Shown here: piece after piece, positions 37,524 through 52,092 of the stretch
Numbering within the stretch: position 1 is the first letter of the stretch
How the letters are laid out: each line of letters opens with the position of its first letter
Assembly: GCF_006345805.1 (NCBI RefSeq)
Contig: NC_043000.1
Span: 112,220,001-112,284,000 of the forward strand
Direction of reading: 5' to 3'
DNA from: Octopus sinensis
Taxonomy: Eukaryota
DNA length: 64,000 nucleotides
The notes under the pieces: generated by a model
Database searches by the model: none
Told to the model about the DNA's origin: nothing
What the model saw: only the letters and a program-made list of their open reading frames with translations
Made by a program: the position numbers and the translations under genes

Positions 37524-39486
37524 ATTTTATATATTGTTCTGAAACCTCCTCAATCCATCAGTTCTATTAGACCCAATAAGATTTGTTTTTTATGTTCCCT
37601 AATTATCATTTACAATGTCCTTTTTATGTTATTTCCTCACCTAAAAATCCTGTTTAGATGAGGATTTCTGCAGGGATGTCTGTTTGCCCTTCTTTTGATA
37701 TATGTAATCTGGAGTGAAATATATTTCTTAGCTCTAATATAATAACTCCTTACTAAAGCTGTTTTTTTGTTTTTTTTCCACTGTGATATCTTGCCAGCAA
37801 CCTATTACTGAAATTGCATTGGCATTATTTGCTTCACATTTTAGTAACAACATAATGAAAAAAACACATCTGCTATATATATATATATACAGATATACAC
37901 AAACATACTCATATACCACATTAGTGCTATTTTCAGTTTAGTATCTAAAGGTACTAAGTTATTTTGTATCTCCTACTACTAAATCTTATTTATATGATTC
38001 TTTTGAATATCTTACACCTAACAATAGGAAGCTGGCATGTATAACAATTTAGAAATAGTTGATAAAAACTAAATGATGTTGCTTCATTTAAAAGTTCTTG
38101 TATAACTCATGAAAAATTTCTATCATTAATATAGATTGTTATATTTTGACAGTGTGAAATAATGACAGAAGGATTGTGGTAAGTGGTTACTGAACTATTG
38201 GTCGTGAGTTCAAATATTTGTGTTGTAAACTTGGAAATGCATATGACTAGCTAGCATGAAAGTGTGTATTGCTCTCATTATATGACACAATAGCTAGATA
38301 TTAAGGAGAGCAACCAGACATACAAGAAAAAAGTTTTCTATAAACATAAACAGTTGGATTTATAGACCTGACTACTTTGTCATAATGGAAAAATAGGCAC
38401 CGGATGAAAAATTTGTTATGAGCAAAAAATGTAATAATTTACTCTTAATTTATGAGTTTTTAAAATAACAGTTTGAGGAAAGTAGTGATGGTCTGCATTA
38501 GGGGGAAAAAAAACCCTTAATAAAATTCAAAGACTGGCTCTGTCTGAAAGATCACAATTCACCTGTTTTATTTTAAATCTTTTGGTGGTGGGTGTGATAT
38601 TTTTGAGCAAGTATTAAAAAAGACTAATCGAAAATGAATGACCTTAGCATATTGAGACCAAACTTACATTCTTCTACATTAATAAAAATTTAAAGCTTTC
38701 TTCTGAGCATTAATGATTGAGTTGAATGAGAAAGAAATTTTCCCCGTGGCGTTCGATCATACAGCTGATGTGGGGTAGGGGTTAGGATTAGGCTTAAGAC
38801 AAGAGATTAGGGGCTGGAGGTTAGAGTGTAACTTCAACTAACAATTGAAGAATTGAACTTGTACCAACAAAAAAGATGTCATGAGACAATTTCCTTTTTC
38901 TTTTCTTTTTTAATTCCAGCTCACAGTGATTGCACAAGCCCTTAGCAAACAATTTGAAGTCTCATATCATTTTCTCTCATATTTTGATGCATTTTCCAAA
39001 CTTGTAATGGAAAATGAATTTAAGGGGGGAAAATATTAGATTATTAGAATTTTTTTTAAAAGGTAGGATGATTTTTTTTAATTATTATTATTATTATTTG
39101 CAAAGCATGTTGTGTTAAGAGTCTTGTCTAAGGACAACACAATACTTGCTGCGATAGGAACTCAAACCCAAATGTCTTGAGTTCAGTATTCACCAGGTTT
39201 CTGACAAATGTTTAGAAAGGAAAATAAAATATTTCTGAATATATAAATTCAAAGAATTTCGGCAGTTAAGGCTCCACTAGTCATCAATGGTCTCTGGAAA
39301 AGAGAAAAGAAGAAAAAAACCATTTGTAGGAAGTTCAGTGTTTGAAAGGTAAGTGTGCTAATTTATTTGGGCCTCAGAAAGGCACAGTGGACTATACTCT
39401 AAAACAATATAACTAAATCTACCTCAGCTTCTAACAAAGCCTATATTTGAATACTCACCTTCTTTGTGATTCCTCCCACCACAAAT

Positions 39487-39740
39487 ACACACAGACATAT
39501 CTGCAATATAATATGTGACAATTATTCGGTTGCCATAATAAAACTCCAAGTTTCGGATGTTGGGCATTTTTTGATTGTCTTAATAACTGAAGAGATGCTG
39601 GAGAAGATTTCTGCCCCAACATCTGAAACTCAGAGTTTTATTATGGCAACCAAACAATTGTCACATATTATATTACAGATAAATTCCTCTATTTACATAA
39701 TATCGAGGTCTCATTCATTCTTTTGTTGTCATACCATTAT
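39487..39740. mobile_element. Second copy of the fold-back hammerhead-bearing repeat, opposite orientation
   Basis: Shares the ATCTG.AAT.TAATATGTGACAATTA arms and the AAATTCCTCTATTTACATAATATCGAGGTC tail with 1537-1812. Confidence 0.7.
39581..39643 (+). ncRNA. Minimal type-I hammerhead-like ribozyme motif
   Basis: Stem I TAATAA/TTATTA, core CTGAAGA, stem II GATG...CATC plus one extra T, GAAA, stem III ACTC-A-GAGT, GUU cleavage triplet. Confidence 0.55.
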
Positions 39741-39779
39741 TAATATATATATATGTGTGTGTGTGTGTCATCTTCATCA

Positions 39780-40180
39780 TCATTTTTACATCTACTTTTC
39801 CATTGTACATGGGTTGCATGGTTGCTTCAGCCAAAAATCATCTCTTTTGTGCAACTCCTTTATCTTCTTTGTGAGGTTTAGCACCCTGAGATTACATTTC
39901 TCCACAATTCTTCTTACATTTTTGCTTCTCCTCTTCTACTAATTCCACTTGCAATCATACATTTTTCACCAACAATCATTCTTCATTCCCATCACATATC
40001 TTATGGCAGTTCTCTCGTTTTACATGCTACAACCGATACCTCTAAATGCCTTGTATTTCTCTCAGCACTACTATATTGTTTTACCTACATGTTAACATTA
40101 CACATCCTCAACAGTATACTTGCTTCATTTTTTCCATTGCACTTCATACAAAAGCATCATACAGTCTACCCCACATGCAG
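39780..40180 (-). mobile_element. Old RTE remnant
   Basis: Minus strand gives degenerate GRLYDAFV...NEASILLRMCNVN, homologous to 61340-61520. Confidence 0.55.
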
Positions 40181-43100
40181 AGAGAGAGAGAGAGAGAGGG
40201 AGAGAGAAGAAGAGAACTCTTTTGTTGCTAACAGAGGTACTGGCTCCTTGAACTTTTTCTACCTGCCTCCACTCTGGCTGCTTTGCATTCACAACAGGTG
40301 CAAGAGCTGTGTCACTGAGTAGCTTTCTCCACAACTATGTGGTCTCAGGTTCAGTCCCACAGTGCAGCACCTTGGTTTCTACTATAGCCCTAGGCCAGAC
40401 TATGCTTGTGAGTGGATATGGTAGACAGAAACTGAAAGAAGCCCATCATCTATGCACACATGTGTGTGTGTGTACCCTTGTCTTATCGCGTAATGGCTGT
40501 AAATGTGCATGGCCATCATTCAAGTGAGGTTGTTAGTGTTCAGTCTTCACTGAAAAACATGTCTGACCATGGAGAAATATTACCTTGCTTGGAAACAGCT
40601 CAAAGTCAGCTTCAGCAAATTCCATCTGATCCATGCAAACATGGAAAACTGGACATTAAACGAGGATGATTGAACACCAACCTCCACTGGAGATTAAGTC
40701 AACAAAAAGCCATCGACTACTTCTAGCTTTTGTTACCTCAGTAAAAGATTTAATTCTGTTCACTATCAAATCTTCTACATTTGAAATCTTTCTTCCCCGT
40801 CATTCAGTTTGTGATCTCACCTGCACATGTTGTACATCCTTGGTATGTATTGGGTACAGTACAAAATGTAGGGCATCCAAGCACCGTATACATCATCATT
40901 TAATGTCTGTTGTCCATATTGGCATAGCTTGGAGGGTTTGACTGGGGCTGGTAAGCTGGAAGGCTGCACCAGACTCCAGTCTGATTTGGTATGGTTTTCT
41001 ACAGCTGGATGCCCTTCCTAACACCAACCACTCCAAGAGTGTAATGGGTGCTTTTACGTGTCACTGGCACGGGTGCCATTTGCGTGACACCGGTATCTGC
41101 CACAGCTGTGTTTCATGGGTCTTCTTCTCAAGCACGATATAATGCCAGATGTCTCAGCCATTGTCTCCATGCGGCCCATGGCTATACAGTATCATTATTA
41201 TAATTATTATCATTATTCTTACAGGGTTTCACATACAATTAAGTGGAGAGTTGTAGAGAAATCGATGCCATGTGTTAATGGATCAAAGAAATGCAACTTG
41301 TGCATATTTGGAAGATCACATTGTTTTCAGATCTAAAAATTCCAATGCACTGCTGAGATCCAGCAAATGCAAACATCTGGACATATTCCTTTTGACAAAC
41401 TGGAGGACACCACCCTCACCCGATTGAGCAGCTGTCTCACAGGCTTTGGAACCCTCTCCATTAAATTATTCCACAATGAGCAGCTTGATTATGGCTTTAT
41501 AGTCAAAGGGGACATAACTAATTTTCTTTTTGCTATTTTTATTCACCATTCCACTTTTTGCATTTGCCTTCTCATTTTTCTCTTGTACCATTGTTCAGTT
41601 TTCAAACTGAACAGAGCATGTGCTCAGAGCTTGAAGATTGCTTGGAGACACAAGGTATATTACAAAAATCTGTGTAGACCAGCGTCACCAAAACAAAGAA
41701 CTCTTAGTAGCTTGTATCTCTACACAATGTACATTAAAAGACATCTATGAATGTTTCAAGGTTGAAGTGAGGGTAAATAGCTTCAATAAAAGAGAAATCC
41801 CATATCTAAATCCCATAATTGCAAAACAAAAAAAATATTAGTCTTCTAGAGTTATTTTGTTTCTAAGAATCAAGATACTCATAAACAGACTGACCTTAAT
41901 TCCAGGGATTCTAGTTGTTTACATAACGTCTCTTTCATAGCTATTTTGGCGATCTAATGAATGAAAAAGAAAAGAAAAAAATTTTTAAATCAGTAAAAAT
42001 TCAAATATTTGACAAAGTTTATACAAGGCACAATTGTTTGAAATGTTATGGTAAGGGTGTACAATATTTTTAGTATGAGGATGGGACTGTAACATAAGAA
42101 ACTGTAGGGACCCCATCTGTGTTGAGAAATATAGTGTGGAGGGAACCTGTGGAAGAGGTAGACCCAGGAAGACGTAGGACAAGGTGGTGAAGCATGATCT
42201 TTGAATGTTGGGTCTCATGGAAGTGATGGCAAGCAATTGGAACCTTTGGCAGGTGCCAGTGACGTGTAAAAGGCACACACAACACTCTTGGAGCAGTTGG
42301 CATTAGGAAGGGCATCCAACCATAGAAACCAAGCCAAATCAGATTGGAACCTGGTGCAGCTCTCCAGCTTACCAATTCCAGTCAAACCACCTGACCACAT
42401 GCCATCATGGAAAGCAAATACTAAATGATGGTGATGAATCTTAAATTACCATTTTGATTATTTTTCTTTCATATCAGTTTTAGAGATTTATTCAGGTGTT
42501 AATTTCAGTCTTGTAGGTAGACAAAGAGTTCCTTAACCCTACGTTGGACCATCAAATTGCCAACCAACAGATCCAGAGTTCATATCCTGTCGCCAATATC
42601 CTAAAGTATCCATGGCAAAAGGGTCCTGTTCCCTGTGTGATTGGTAATGTGTTGAGATGTTTAAAACACCACCCGAACGTGGCCAATGCCAGTGCTGCCT
42701 AACTGGCTCCCGTGCCGGTGGCATGTAAAAAGCACCCACTACACTCTTAGAGCGGTTGGCATTAGGAAAGGCATCCAGCCATAGAAACATTGCCAGATCA
42801 GATTGGAGCCTGGTGCAGCCTCCTGGCTTGCCAGTCCTCAGTCAAACCATCCAAACCCATGCCAGCATGAAAAACGAATGTTAAATGATGATGATGATAA
42901 GTGGTATTCTGAAATACTTAATTCTGAGAGAGGACAGTATCACACATCACAGCTATGATTACAAAGAAAGTAGATCACAAGTTCCTGATCACAAACCCAT
43001 CACAGTTATCTTTAGACAGAATGTCATAATCCTGCACCATAGCTTTGTTTACACAAAGACTGACACAATCCGACATCATAGACCATAGCTGTGTATACTC

Positions 43101-45084
43101 AAAGAATATCACAACTTCTCTCATAAACTGAATCATAAGAATCTGTAACAAGGATGAGACATCTATATAAAACTGAAAATGTGTGTGTGTGTGTCTGTCT
43201 GTCTGTCTGTTGTCATTAAGATTCTTTTAAGTCTTGATGGGTTTTGAGATCTTTGGTGTCATCAGACCTCATGCTACTGCTCTCTTTCATCAATTCAGGA
43301 TAAAAGCATTGTGTCTAGGGAAACCCATAAAGTAGCGTGAATGAAGTTAAGGTTATCATTGGCTGTTCTTAGCATTTAATACTTCTACATTATCCACGTG
43401 GTGGAGGTAAAAGACACCACATTCCAAAAAGTAGGATTTGTTTACTTTAATAGAATAATTTTCTTTTGTGTCATCATCATTATTGATTAACATCCATTTT
43501 CCATGCTGGCATGGGTTGGACGGTTCAACTGGGGCCTGGGAAGTCAGGAGGCTGCACCAGACTCCAGCCTGATATGGCAGTGTTTCTACAGCTGGATGCC
43601 CTTCCTAATGCCAACCACTCGGAGAGTGTAGAGGGTGCTTTTTTTTACATGCCACCGGCACGGGGGCCATAATGGGGTGGCATTGACCACGATCAGATGG
43701 TGCTTTTTACGTGCCACCAGCATGGGAGCCAGTCAAGGCGGCACTGGCATCAGCCACGTTTGGAGTTACGTCCCTAAATGTTCTGAGATAAAATTGTGTC
43801 AAGACCGGCCTTGCTTTCCATCTTTAGGGATCAATAAAATAAATACCAGCCCAGTTTTGGGGGTTGGTCTAATCAGCTACCCTTCTCGTGTAAACCTGTA
43901 ACTTTGTACTTGTGTTGAGAAAACTAATCAAGGGATTTGTAGAGAAAAGGGAATTAAAATCAGAAGCAATATAAGCTTGAAAGGTTAAAGGGGTAAGTAC
44001 CAAACATAAAAGGGGGCATGGCTGAAGGAGGTAAGTACCAAACAAGGAGAGGTGTATGTGTAAAGTGACATTTCCGAAACAAAAATGTCTGTCGTAAGGG
44101 ACATTGTTGAACAAAAGTTATGCCGGAAATAATTTATACTTTATATCCCAATTTATTCTGCAGAAAACAATCATTGATTGACCAATTTTACTGACTGAAT
44201 TTTTACAAATTTATTTTTCTTTTTTGTTTTAAGATGGGCCGCACAGAGGCAATGACCAAGACCTTTGGCATTATGTTGTGCTTGAGAAGAAAACCCATCA
44301 AGCCAAGCAAAATCGCAGTTGGGGCAGATACTGGTGTCAAGCCCCCATTACACTCTCGGAGTGGTTGATGTTAGGAAGGGCATCCAGCAGTAGAAAACCA
44401 TGCCAAATCAGACTGGAGCCTGGTACAGCCTTCCAGCAGTAGAAAACCATGCCAAATCAGACTGGAGCCTGGTACAGCCTTCCAGCATGCCAGCCCAGTC
44501 AAACTGTCCAACCCATGCCAGCATGGACAACGGATGTTAAATAATGATGATCTGGAGGAAAGAGCAGCGTCCGTGGCAGTTCAGAACATGTGGTTGGCCA
44601 AAGCAGCCAATGTTTCCCCAACATGTGGTACCAAATGTAAAGACCACCACCACTTCTCTCAACATGTGGTAAACATGTATATACCCTTACCACCACCACC
44701 CCAAATTTTTTTGTTTAAACATTTCAAAGAAAAACAGGAACATAAAACATTAAAATAACTTTTAAACATTTGTAAGAAATATCGAGATAAATAAATAAAT
44801 AAATGGTGGAATAACTTTAAATGTTTGAACAGAAAGAACCAAACTTATAAAACAAAGAACTTAGAGAGATTACATTTGGAATAATCTGAATAGAAAAGTG
44901 TCCAAAAAAGGGGAACATTTAAAAGACTGAAAAAAAAAAAAAAAATCAACAGTGAAATAACTTTGAAACACAAGAAAGATTGAAAATTATAAAATAATAT
45001 TTTGCTTGTGAATCCTGGATTTGAACCCTTAAACGATGATGATATCTATATACCATGAATTCATCAGATACTTTAAAAATTGGT

Positions 45085-45447
45085 GTGGTAAGTAGCTTGC
45101 TTACCAACCACATGGTTCTGGGTTCAGTCCCACTGCATGGCCCCTTGGGCAAGTGTCTTCTACTATAGCCTCGGGCTGACCAAAGCCTTGTGAGTGGATT
45201 TGGTAGACGGAAACTTTAAGAAGCCCATCATGTGTGCGTGTTTGTTTGTCTGTCCCCCCCAACATCGCTTGACAACCGATGCTGATGTGTTTACGTCCCT
45301 GTAACTTAGCAGTATGGCAAAAGAGTCCGATAGAATAAGTACTAGGCTTACAAAGAATAAGTCCTGGGATTAATTTGCTCAACTAACTGCGGTGCTCCAG
45401 TATGACCACAGTCATACGACTGAAACAAGTAAAAGAGTAAAAGAATG
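45085..45447 (+). mobile_element. SINE family A
   Basis: Consensus match, 5' end slightly truncated. Confidence 0.85.
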
Positions 45448-48325
45448 AATCTTCAGACCGAGAAGATCTCAAAACTAGTTCTTCACTTCCATTTGGAAAA
45501 CTGAACTAAGTTGGGGAGGAACACAAAAGGTGATGCAAGGGAGATAACTAATAAATTGAGAAGGTTCTGTTCTTTATGACTATTGAAACTGATAACAAGA
45601 ACTGAGACAAAATTTATGAAATCCTTAAAAGGATCCGTTATAAATTGAACATTATAGCACAAAAGGAAACATCGTATAGTTACAGTTTGATAGTAACATG
45701 ATGAAATATTAATGGGGTGGTATAGGGTTTGATAGATGCACGAGGAGAAGTGTATGGATGCTAAAATTCTTTGCATACTCCACACTCATCACCATCTCAG
45801 TATACAAAATATAAATTCTAAACGGTTGTGTTCAGTTCAGTAAAATGAATTTATAAGCATAGATGCATTCTCCAAAATACTCAGATTTGCCATACAAATA
45901 TAGCCTTGATTACAGTGAATTTTTAACAGCCAGTCATTTCTGCACAGTGCATAGTTACATCTGTTACTACCATTCCAATAAAGCATTGGTATTTTTCTAA
46001 GATTCTAAATTGTATCATGCTATAGCATGATACAATTTCTTTCAATGATCAAATGTAATCCAAGAGATTTTAAGCATTTTGTTTAGAAATGTTTCTGAAT
46101 GAAAAAGTATGACAGTAAAATCTTTACTTCAAACTTCTCTCAGTCATGCCAATATAGTGTTTTCGAATGGTTATTTTCAAATTTATTGAATTAACATCTG
46201 CTTTGTCTATTATAGCCTCTGCATTGCAGAACACATTCAGTGAGTATATGCTAGTGTTTCTACCTGAACAATCAGCCTCTGTTGATGTAGAATAATTTAG
46301 CAGTACAGGTAAATCTTACTTTAAGGTTATGTTTATACCAAAGAAAGTGAAAGAACTTCCTGCCTGTACTCAGTGACCACATTAGTCACATGATTTCATC
46401 CAAGAGTTGGAAGATTGATATTCAGTTTGGAACTTGATATCATGAAACTTTTAAGTAATCTGATGGATTAACAGCTTTATATATAAACACACACACACAC
46501 AATATTTACTTGTAAGTCAAACTATTTTATACTTAGTTTTAACTAAAGATGTGGTGCAAATTACTTAGATTAGATACAGTAATTTTACACTGTAATTCAT
46601 TTAGTTGAGTGTCATATGCAACTTGTCATTAGATATATTTTTTTTACAGGCGGATGGTGGCTCTTCCTGCAAGTTAATTCTATGAGCCAAAATTAATAAA
46701 AACTATATTTATTATTAACCACTTGTCTTTCCCTCATTTCCTAATGAATTTTGATTAAATTTGTAATGCTCACTACATTGAATCTAATAACATTTACACA
46801 CATACACATAATTCATAGATAAATGCATCCACCACACACCTCCTTGGCTCTTGTAGGTTTGTGAACTGCATACACGTTCCGTGTATCTCTCAAGTGCCAG
46901 CGGCATGAAAAACAGCACCCAATTAACTGTAAAGTAGTTGATGTTGGGAAGAGAATCCAGTCACGGAAACCATGCCAAAGCAGACATTGAAGTACAATGC
47001 AGACCCCTGGACCCATCGGATCCTTGTCAAATAATCCAGCTCATGCCAGCATGGAGCATGGACATTAAATGATGACATACATATATATGCAAAGGCTATA
47101 TATATATATATAGTCTCTGCATATATAATTGTTTTAAGAAGATTGACTAGAAATTCTCTCACAATATAGAGGTTTGGACTTAGAAGTGCTCAAGAGTAAC
47201 TTCAGACAAAAGATATAAATATGTAATGTGAAGAAACAAAAGACCTGGTAATTCAATCCACGAACATGATTGATTTTAACTAACTTTAAATATTCCAAAA
47301 TTTAACTTTGTTCCTCATTGTATCTTTTAGTTCATTTGCATCACCACTTCAGACTTTTTCCAATATTTTTACCAATACACGCAAGTTTTAATGTTTTCAT
47401 ATCTGTATCTGGAGGTTTTTTTAAAAATCTATTGCATGTATATATTTTTAATATATTTATTTATTTATAGATTAAAAACAAATGCCTGTGTATTTATATA
47501 TTTTTAATCTCTCATGTACAATTGTTCTTTAAATCCATCTCTAATCGGAGTCACGTTTGCAGATTGAATTACCAGGTCTTTTATTTCTTCACATTACGTA
47601 TTTATACACACACACATATACATGGAAGTAAAGTGGCCAAGTTCCTTTTGAGCATTTGGCCTCACAGAGGCGAGCTCCTTTCAAGTGTTGGGCCTCACAG
47701 AAGCGAAGTGGCTGAGTTCATTTCAAGTGCTAGGCCTCCAGAGGCAATGACCAAGACCTTTGGCATTCTGTTGTGCTTCAGAAGATCCATCAAGCTGAAC
47801 AAAGTTGCAGTCATGGCAGGTATTGGTGTCACCTAAATGGCACCCATGTCGGTGGCATGTAAAAGCACCCATTACACTCTCGGAGTGGCTGGCATTAGGA
47901 AGGGCATCCAGCCATAGAAAACCATACCAAATCAGACTGGAGTTTGGTGCAACCTTCCAGCTTACCAGCCCTGGTCAAACCATCCAACCCATGCCAGCAT
48001 GGGCAACAGACATAAAATCATGATACACACACACACACACATGCATAATTAAGATGGAAATATTTCTCAAGACACAAGGTATAAGTAAAGTACCAAGGCA
48101 GTACTCAATAAGTAATTCCAAAGATCTCACCTAGTTTATAGTATAAATAGATTGTAATTAAATCTAACTAACTAAACTAAGAACTTTGATATACATATTA
48201 CAAAGACATGAAACCAAATATTAAAGCCTCAGAGCCGGACAGGTTTCTCTAAAATTGATGAAACCAGAAATTTGCTACTATCAATATCACTCGGGGCAGA
48301 GCACAGACGCATGACTAAATTGAAA

Positions 48326-48880
48326 ATCTATTATATAAAATCCGTTCTGTCTGCGTGTGTGTCTTCTCGGATCTTGGGCATCCTCCATCCGATTGCACTC
48401 AAATTTGATATGTAGATACCAACGGTATCAGGGCATGTATAAGTCTTGAAAAAATTACGAAAATCGATTCCAGGTATGAATGCGATCGATAAAGTCATGG
48501 GAACGTGCATTTGTATGCGCAAGTACATTAGCTGTTGCGATCAATACTATGCATATGTGAGAAAAATGCACGTGCAGTTTGCACAACAAAAGCCAACTGG
48601 CTTGAAATAATGCCACAAAATGCAGTATATTTAAGAGACCAAAAAAGTAAGATGCAAAAGAGATATTTTCTTCAAACTTGGCATGAAGGAAGGAAAAACT
48701 ATTTGGTTTCTCAAGTTTTTTTTTTTTGCCTTAACTTCGTTTAACAAAACCAAAAATTTTATTGAAATAAAGGCATGGTTAAATATTTTTTTAATGAAAA
48801 GAAAACACTGATTGCTTTTTATTCAGCAGATATGATTCAGCACCGTCCACTGGACGGGGGTGGGGTGGGGTGGGGGGGTT
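48326..48880 (+). mobile_element. Helitron-like non-autonomous remnant
   Basis: Starts TCTATTATATAAAATCCGTTCTGTCTG and contains CCGATTGCACTCAAATTTG. A possible terminal hairpin CCGTCCA-C-TGGACGG lies near 48845. The right boundary is uncertain. Confidence 0.4.
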
Positions 48881-49630
48881 ATGCTCGTAGATATGTGTGT
48901 GCATGATTGTGTAGTTGAGAAGCTTGCTTCCTAGCTATGTAGGTTCAGTCCCACTGTGTAACACCTTGGGCAAGTGTCTTCTATTATCACTCCAGGCCAG
49001 CCAAAGCCTTGTGAGTGGGGTTTTCTAGAAGGAAGCTATGAGGAAATCTGTTGGGTGTGTGCGGTGTGTGTGTGTAGCTTTATCTAGACATCACATGAGG
49101 GATGTAAATGAGTGTGATCGTTATACAAGTGAAGTTGTTTCTTTCCAATCTTCTGTAAAAAAAAAACATGTCTACTTTGGCAACAGGTGATGGTTGGTGA
49201 CCCATAGAAAATCTGCCTCAATAAATTCCATCTGACCCATGCAAGCATAGGGAAGTGAATGATGAATGATGGTGATGATGATATACAGTAAAATGAAAGA
49301 ATGCCAAAAAAATATAAAGAATTAACAGAAAACACCTGTTAATTAATGACTGAATTAAACATGATTTTTCAGAACAAATTCAAACCCAAAAAATTAACAG
49401 CAAAACAATTCAAAGTCAACTTACATGAAGTGTACGATAGAAAGTAAGGCTGAAATAAAATTTCTTACAATAACAAGAAATATTTCATGTGTAAAAGATT
49501 TAGGAAAAGCTCAATAAAAAAAAAAAAAAAAAAAAAAACAGAACAAAGATATCTGTTGCTATCTTTTCATATTGCTTGATTGAGTTGTAGAATAACAGGA
49601 AACCAAATTTACATTCTTCACAATGTAGGC

Positions 49631-49687
<57 letters not shown>

Positions 49688-50478
49688 TCGTCGTGGCACT
49701 TCGTCGGTTACGATGACGAGGGTCCTAGCTGATGCGATCAACGGAACAGCCTGCTCATGAAATTAACGTGCAAGTGGCTGAGCACTCCACAGACACGTGT
49801 ACAATTAACGTAGTTCTCGGGGAGATTCAGTGTGACACAGAGAGTCACAGAAAGAAAGATGGCGTGATCAGGCTCAAACTTCAGTCACATGACCACAATA
49901 GTACCAACTAAAAGCATGAATGCGCAGAAGGCAGAGTGACAATAATAAAGGAACGTTATGGTGAAAGTGCGGATAATTTTTGACTTCCCCTCATATGCAT
50001 ATATATATATATACATACACAGTCGGGGGGGGGGGGTAACAAAAGGTATAAATTCAGACTGATTCCTCTACTGAGGGGCCAGAAAAAAGCCAATTCTATG
50101 TAGCAAAACAAATTGAAGGGGCTGGTGTCACAGGTAGAACTAGATGTTAGGGGTTAGCATAACATATAGACAAAGATGAGGGACGGGGATAAAATAATCA
50201 AAGAAGGTCATACCAGGACATATGCACAGTCCACCTAGCTGTAAGCAGGTACCATATACCATTACTGACAGCCATATTGATAGTCTATATTGATGTATTG
50301 ATAAATACAAACTGGGTTTTCAAAAGACAACCACAAAAAAAGATGTTCCAATAAGAAGACATACCTGTATGATTTAAAGGGGTTTCGTTTGCTAATTCTA
50401 GCAGACTGAGTGAGCACACACACAGAGTGAGCATAATGTCTTATATTAAAACCAAAAGGTGAGATGGAAGTAACCTAC

Positions 50479-50586
50479 CTGGTCTTTATCAAGTGACAAT
50501 CCAGCAGACTTTTGTTCTTCCAATAAACTAATCTGACGAAGTTTCTTTCGAAGACGACGAATCGTTTTGGCTTCATCTTCAGTCGA
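50479..50586 (-). CDS. Exon of the unnamed minus-strand gene (basic coiled-coil helix)
   Basis: aaaaccag acceptor and CAG|gtaggt donor; 108 nt, phase 0 to 0. Encodes STEDEAKTIRRLRKKLRQISLLEEQKSAGLSLDKDQ, resembling the PYM1/eIF2A C-terminal helix pattern. Confidence 0.7.
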
Positions 50587-50674
50587 CTGGTTTTGGGGAA
50601 AAGATTAAAGAGTTAGAAATATCAAATTACTACTACAAACACATATTCACAAGCACACTATATATATATAGTGT

Positions 50675-50895
50675 GCTGGCAGAATCGTTAGCACACCGGG
50701 CGAAATGCGTAGCCGTATTTTGTCTGTCGTTATGTTCAGAGTTCAAATTCCGCCGAGGTCGACTTTGCCTTTCATCCTTTCGGGGTCGATAAATTAAGTA
50801 CCAGTTACGCACTGGGGTCGATGTAATCGACTTAATCCCTTTGTCTGTCCTTGTTTGTCCTCTCTGTGTTTAGCCCCTTGTGGGTAGTAAAGAAA
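50675..50895 (+). mobile_element. tRNA-headed SINE family B
   Basis: CTGGCAGAATCGTTAGCAC.CCGGGCGAAATGC...GAGTTCAAATTCCGCCGAGGTCGACTTTGCCTTTCATCC. Other copies lie near 8040, 9978, 10190, 24905(-), 36800(-), 56664, 57530 and 62383. Confidence 0.85.
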
Positions 50896-50924
50896 TATAT
50901 ATATATAAGAAAATAGAGAGACGT

Positions 50925-51292
50925 AAGTAGCTTGCTTACCAACCACATGGTCCCGGGTTCAGTCCCACTGCGTGGCACCTTGGGCAAGTGTCTTCTACTA
51001 TAGCCTCGGGTCAACCAAAGTCTTGTGAGTGGATTTGGTAGACGGAAACTGGAAGAAGCCCGTCGTATATGAGTGTGTGTATGTTTGTGTGTCTGTGTTT
51101 GTCCCACCCAACATCGCTTGACAACTGATGCTGGTGTGTTTACGTCCCTGTAACTTAGGGGTTTGGCAAAAGAGACCAATAGAATAAGTACTAGGCTTAC
51201 AAAGAATAAGCTCTAGGGTCAATCTGCTCGACTAAAGGCAGTGCTCCAGCATGGCCACAGTCAAATGACTGAAACAAGTAAAAGAAAAAAAG
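50925..51292 (+). mobile_element. SINE family A
   Basis: Consensus match, directly after a family B copy. Confidence 0.85.
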
Positions 51293-51654
51293 AATTTAAA
51301 ATATTTGACAACATCTATATAACTTATTTTTTTAATTGATAAATAATAATTTATTAATTGTTTCTCTATTTTCTTAGTTAAATAGATATATATAAACCAT
51401 GGTTTATATAGTTACCTTACAGTTGAATATTATTTGTTTGAAAATATAAGGACATAGATTGTATCATATAGCCAGCTGGAGACGATGTCTCCTGGGGCTA
51501 AAATACTGCAACATTCGTCCTAAACCAGGACTGCCATGTTATGTTGGCAAACAATCTTTAATTTTTGTTTGTGATGTTCAACATTCTTTGTACAGGCAAC
51601 TAACCAGTACTTTCATAGGATTTTGCTATCACTCAATGAAGTTGGTAACCTCTA

Positions 51655-52092
51655 TTTGAACTTATAAATGTCCATGCTGTTTCTCTCAATAGCAATGTTC
51701 CACTTTTGAATGAGAGCATGTATCCCTTCCCCGTAAAATTCACTTTGAGCCACTTCTTTACTACAGTTTTCACTTCCTCATCACTGGACTATCATCTCTT
51801 CAGCCCCATGAAAGAGGGTTTGAGAGGCAAACATTATTCCATTGACAAGGAAGTGGAAACTGTAGTGAAGAAGTGGCTCAAAGAACAGTCAACCGAATTT
51901 TACAGGGCAGGGATGCATGCTCTCATTTGAAGGTGGAACATTGCTATTGAGAGAAACAGTGACTATGTTGAGAAGTAGGGATGTGATCCACAGAGGACCA
52001 GCTCCATCTTGATGTATGATACATGTTCCTGTGTTGGTTGGTAATTATACCTGTCCTAAACAAAATGGCATTACGTTTTGCCTCACCCTCAT
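51655..52092 (+). mobile_element. Mariner transposase 3' fragment with inverted partial duplication
   Basis: Encodes DYHLFSPMKEGLRGKHY...EFYRAGMHALI*RWNIAIERNSDYVEK, the mariner C-terminal pattern. 51655-51790 is an inverted copy of about 51850-51975. Confidence 0.75.

Noticed and set aside
41380-41830. Minus-strand coding-like stretch (MVQEKNEKANAK...KKISYVPFDY)
   Set aside because: Short, broken by stops, with no consistent splice sites and no confident family match.
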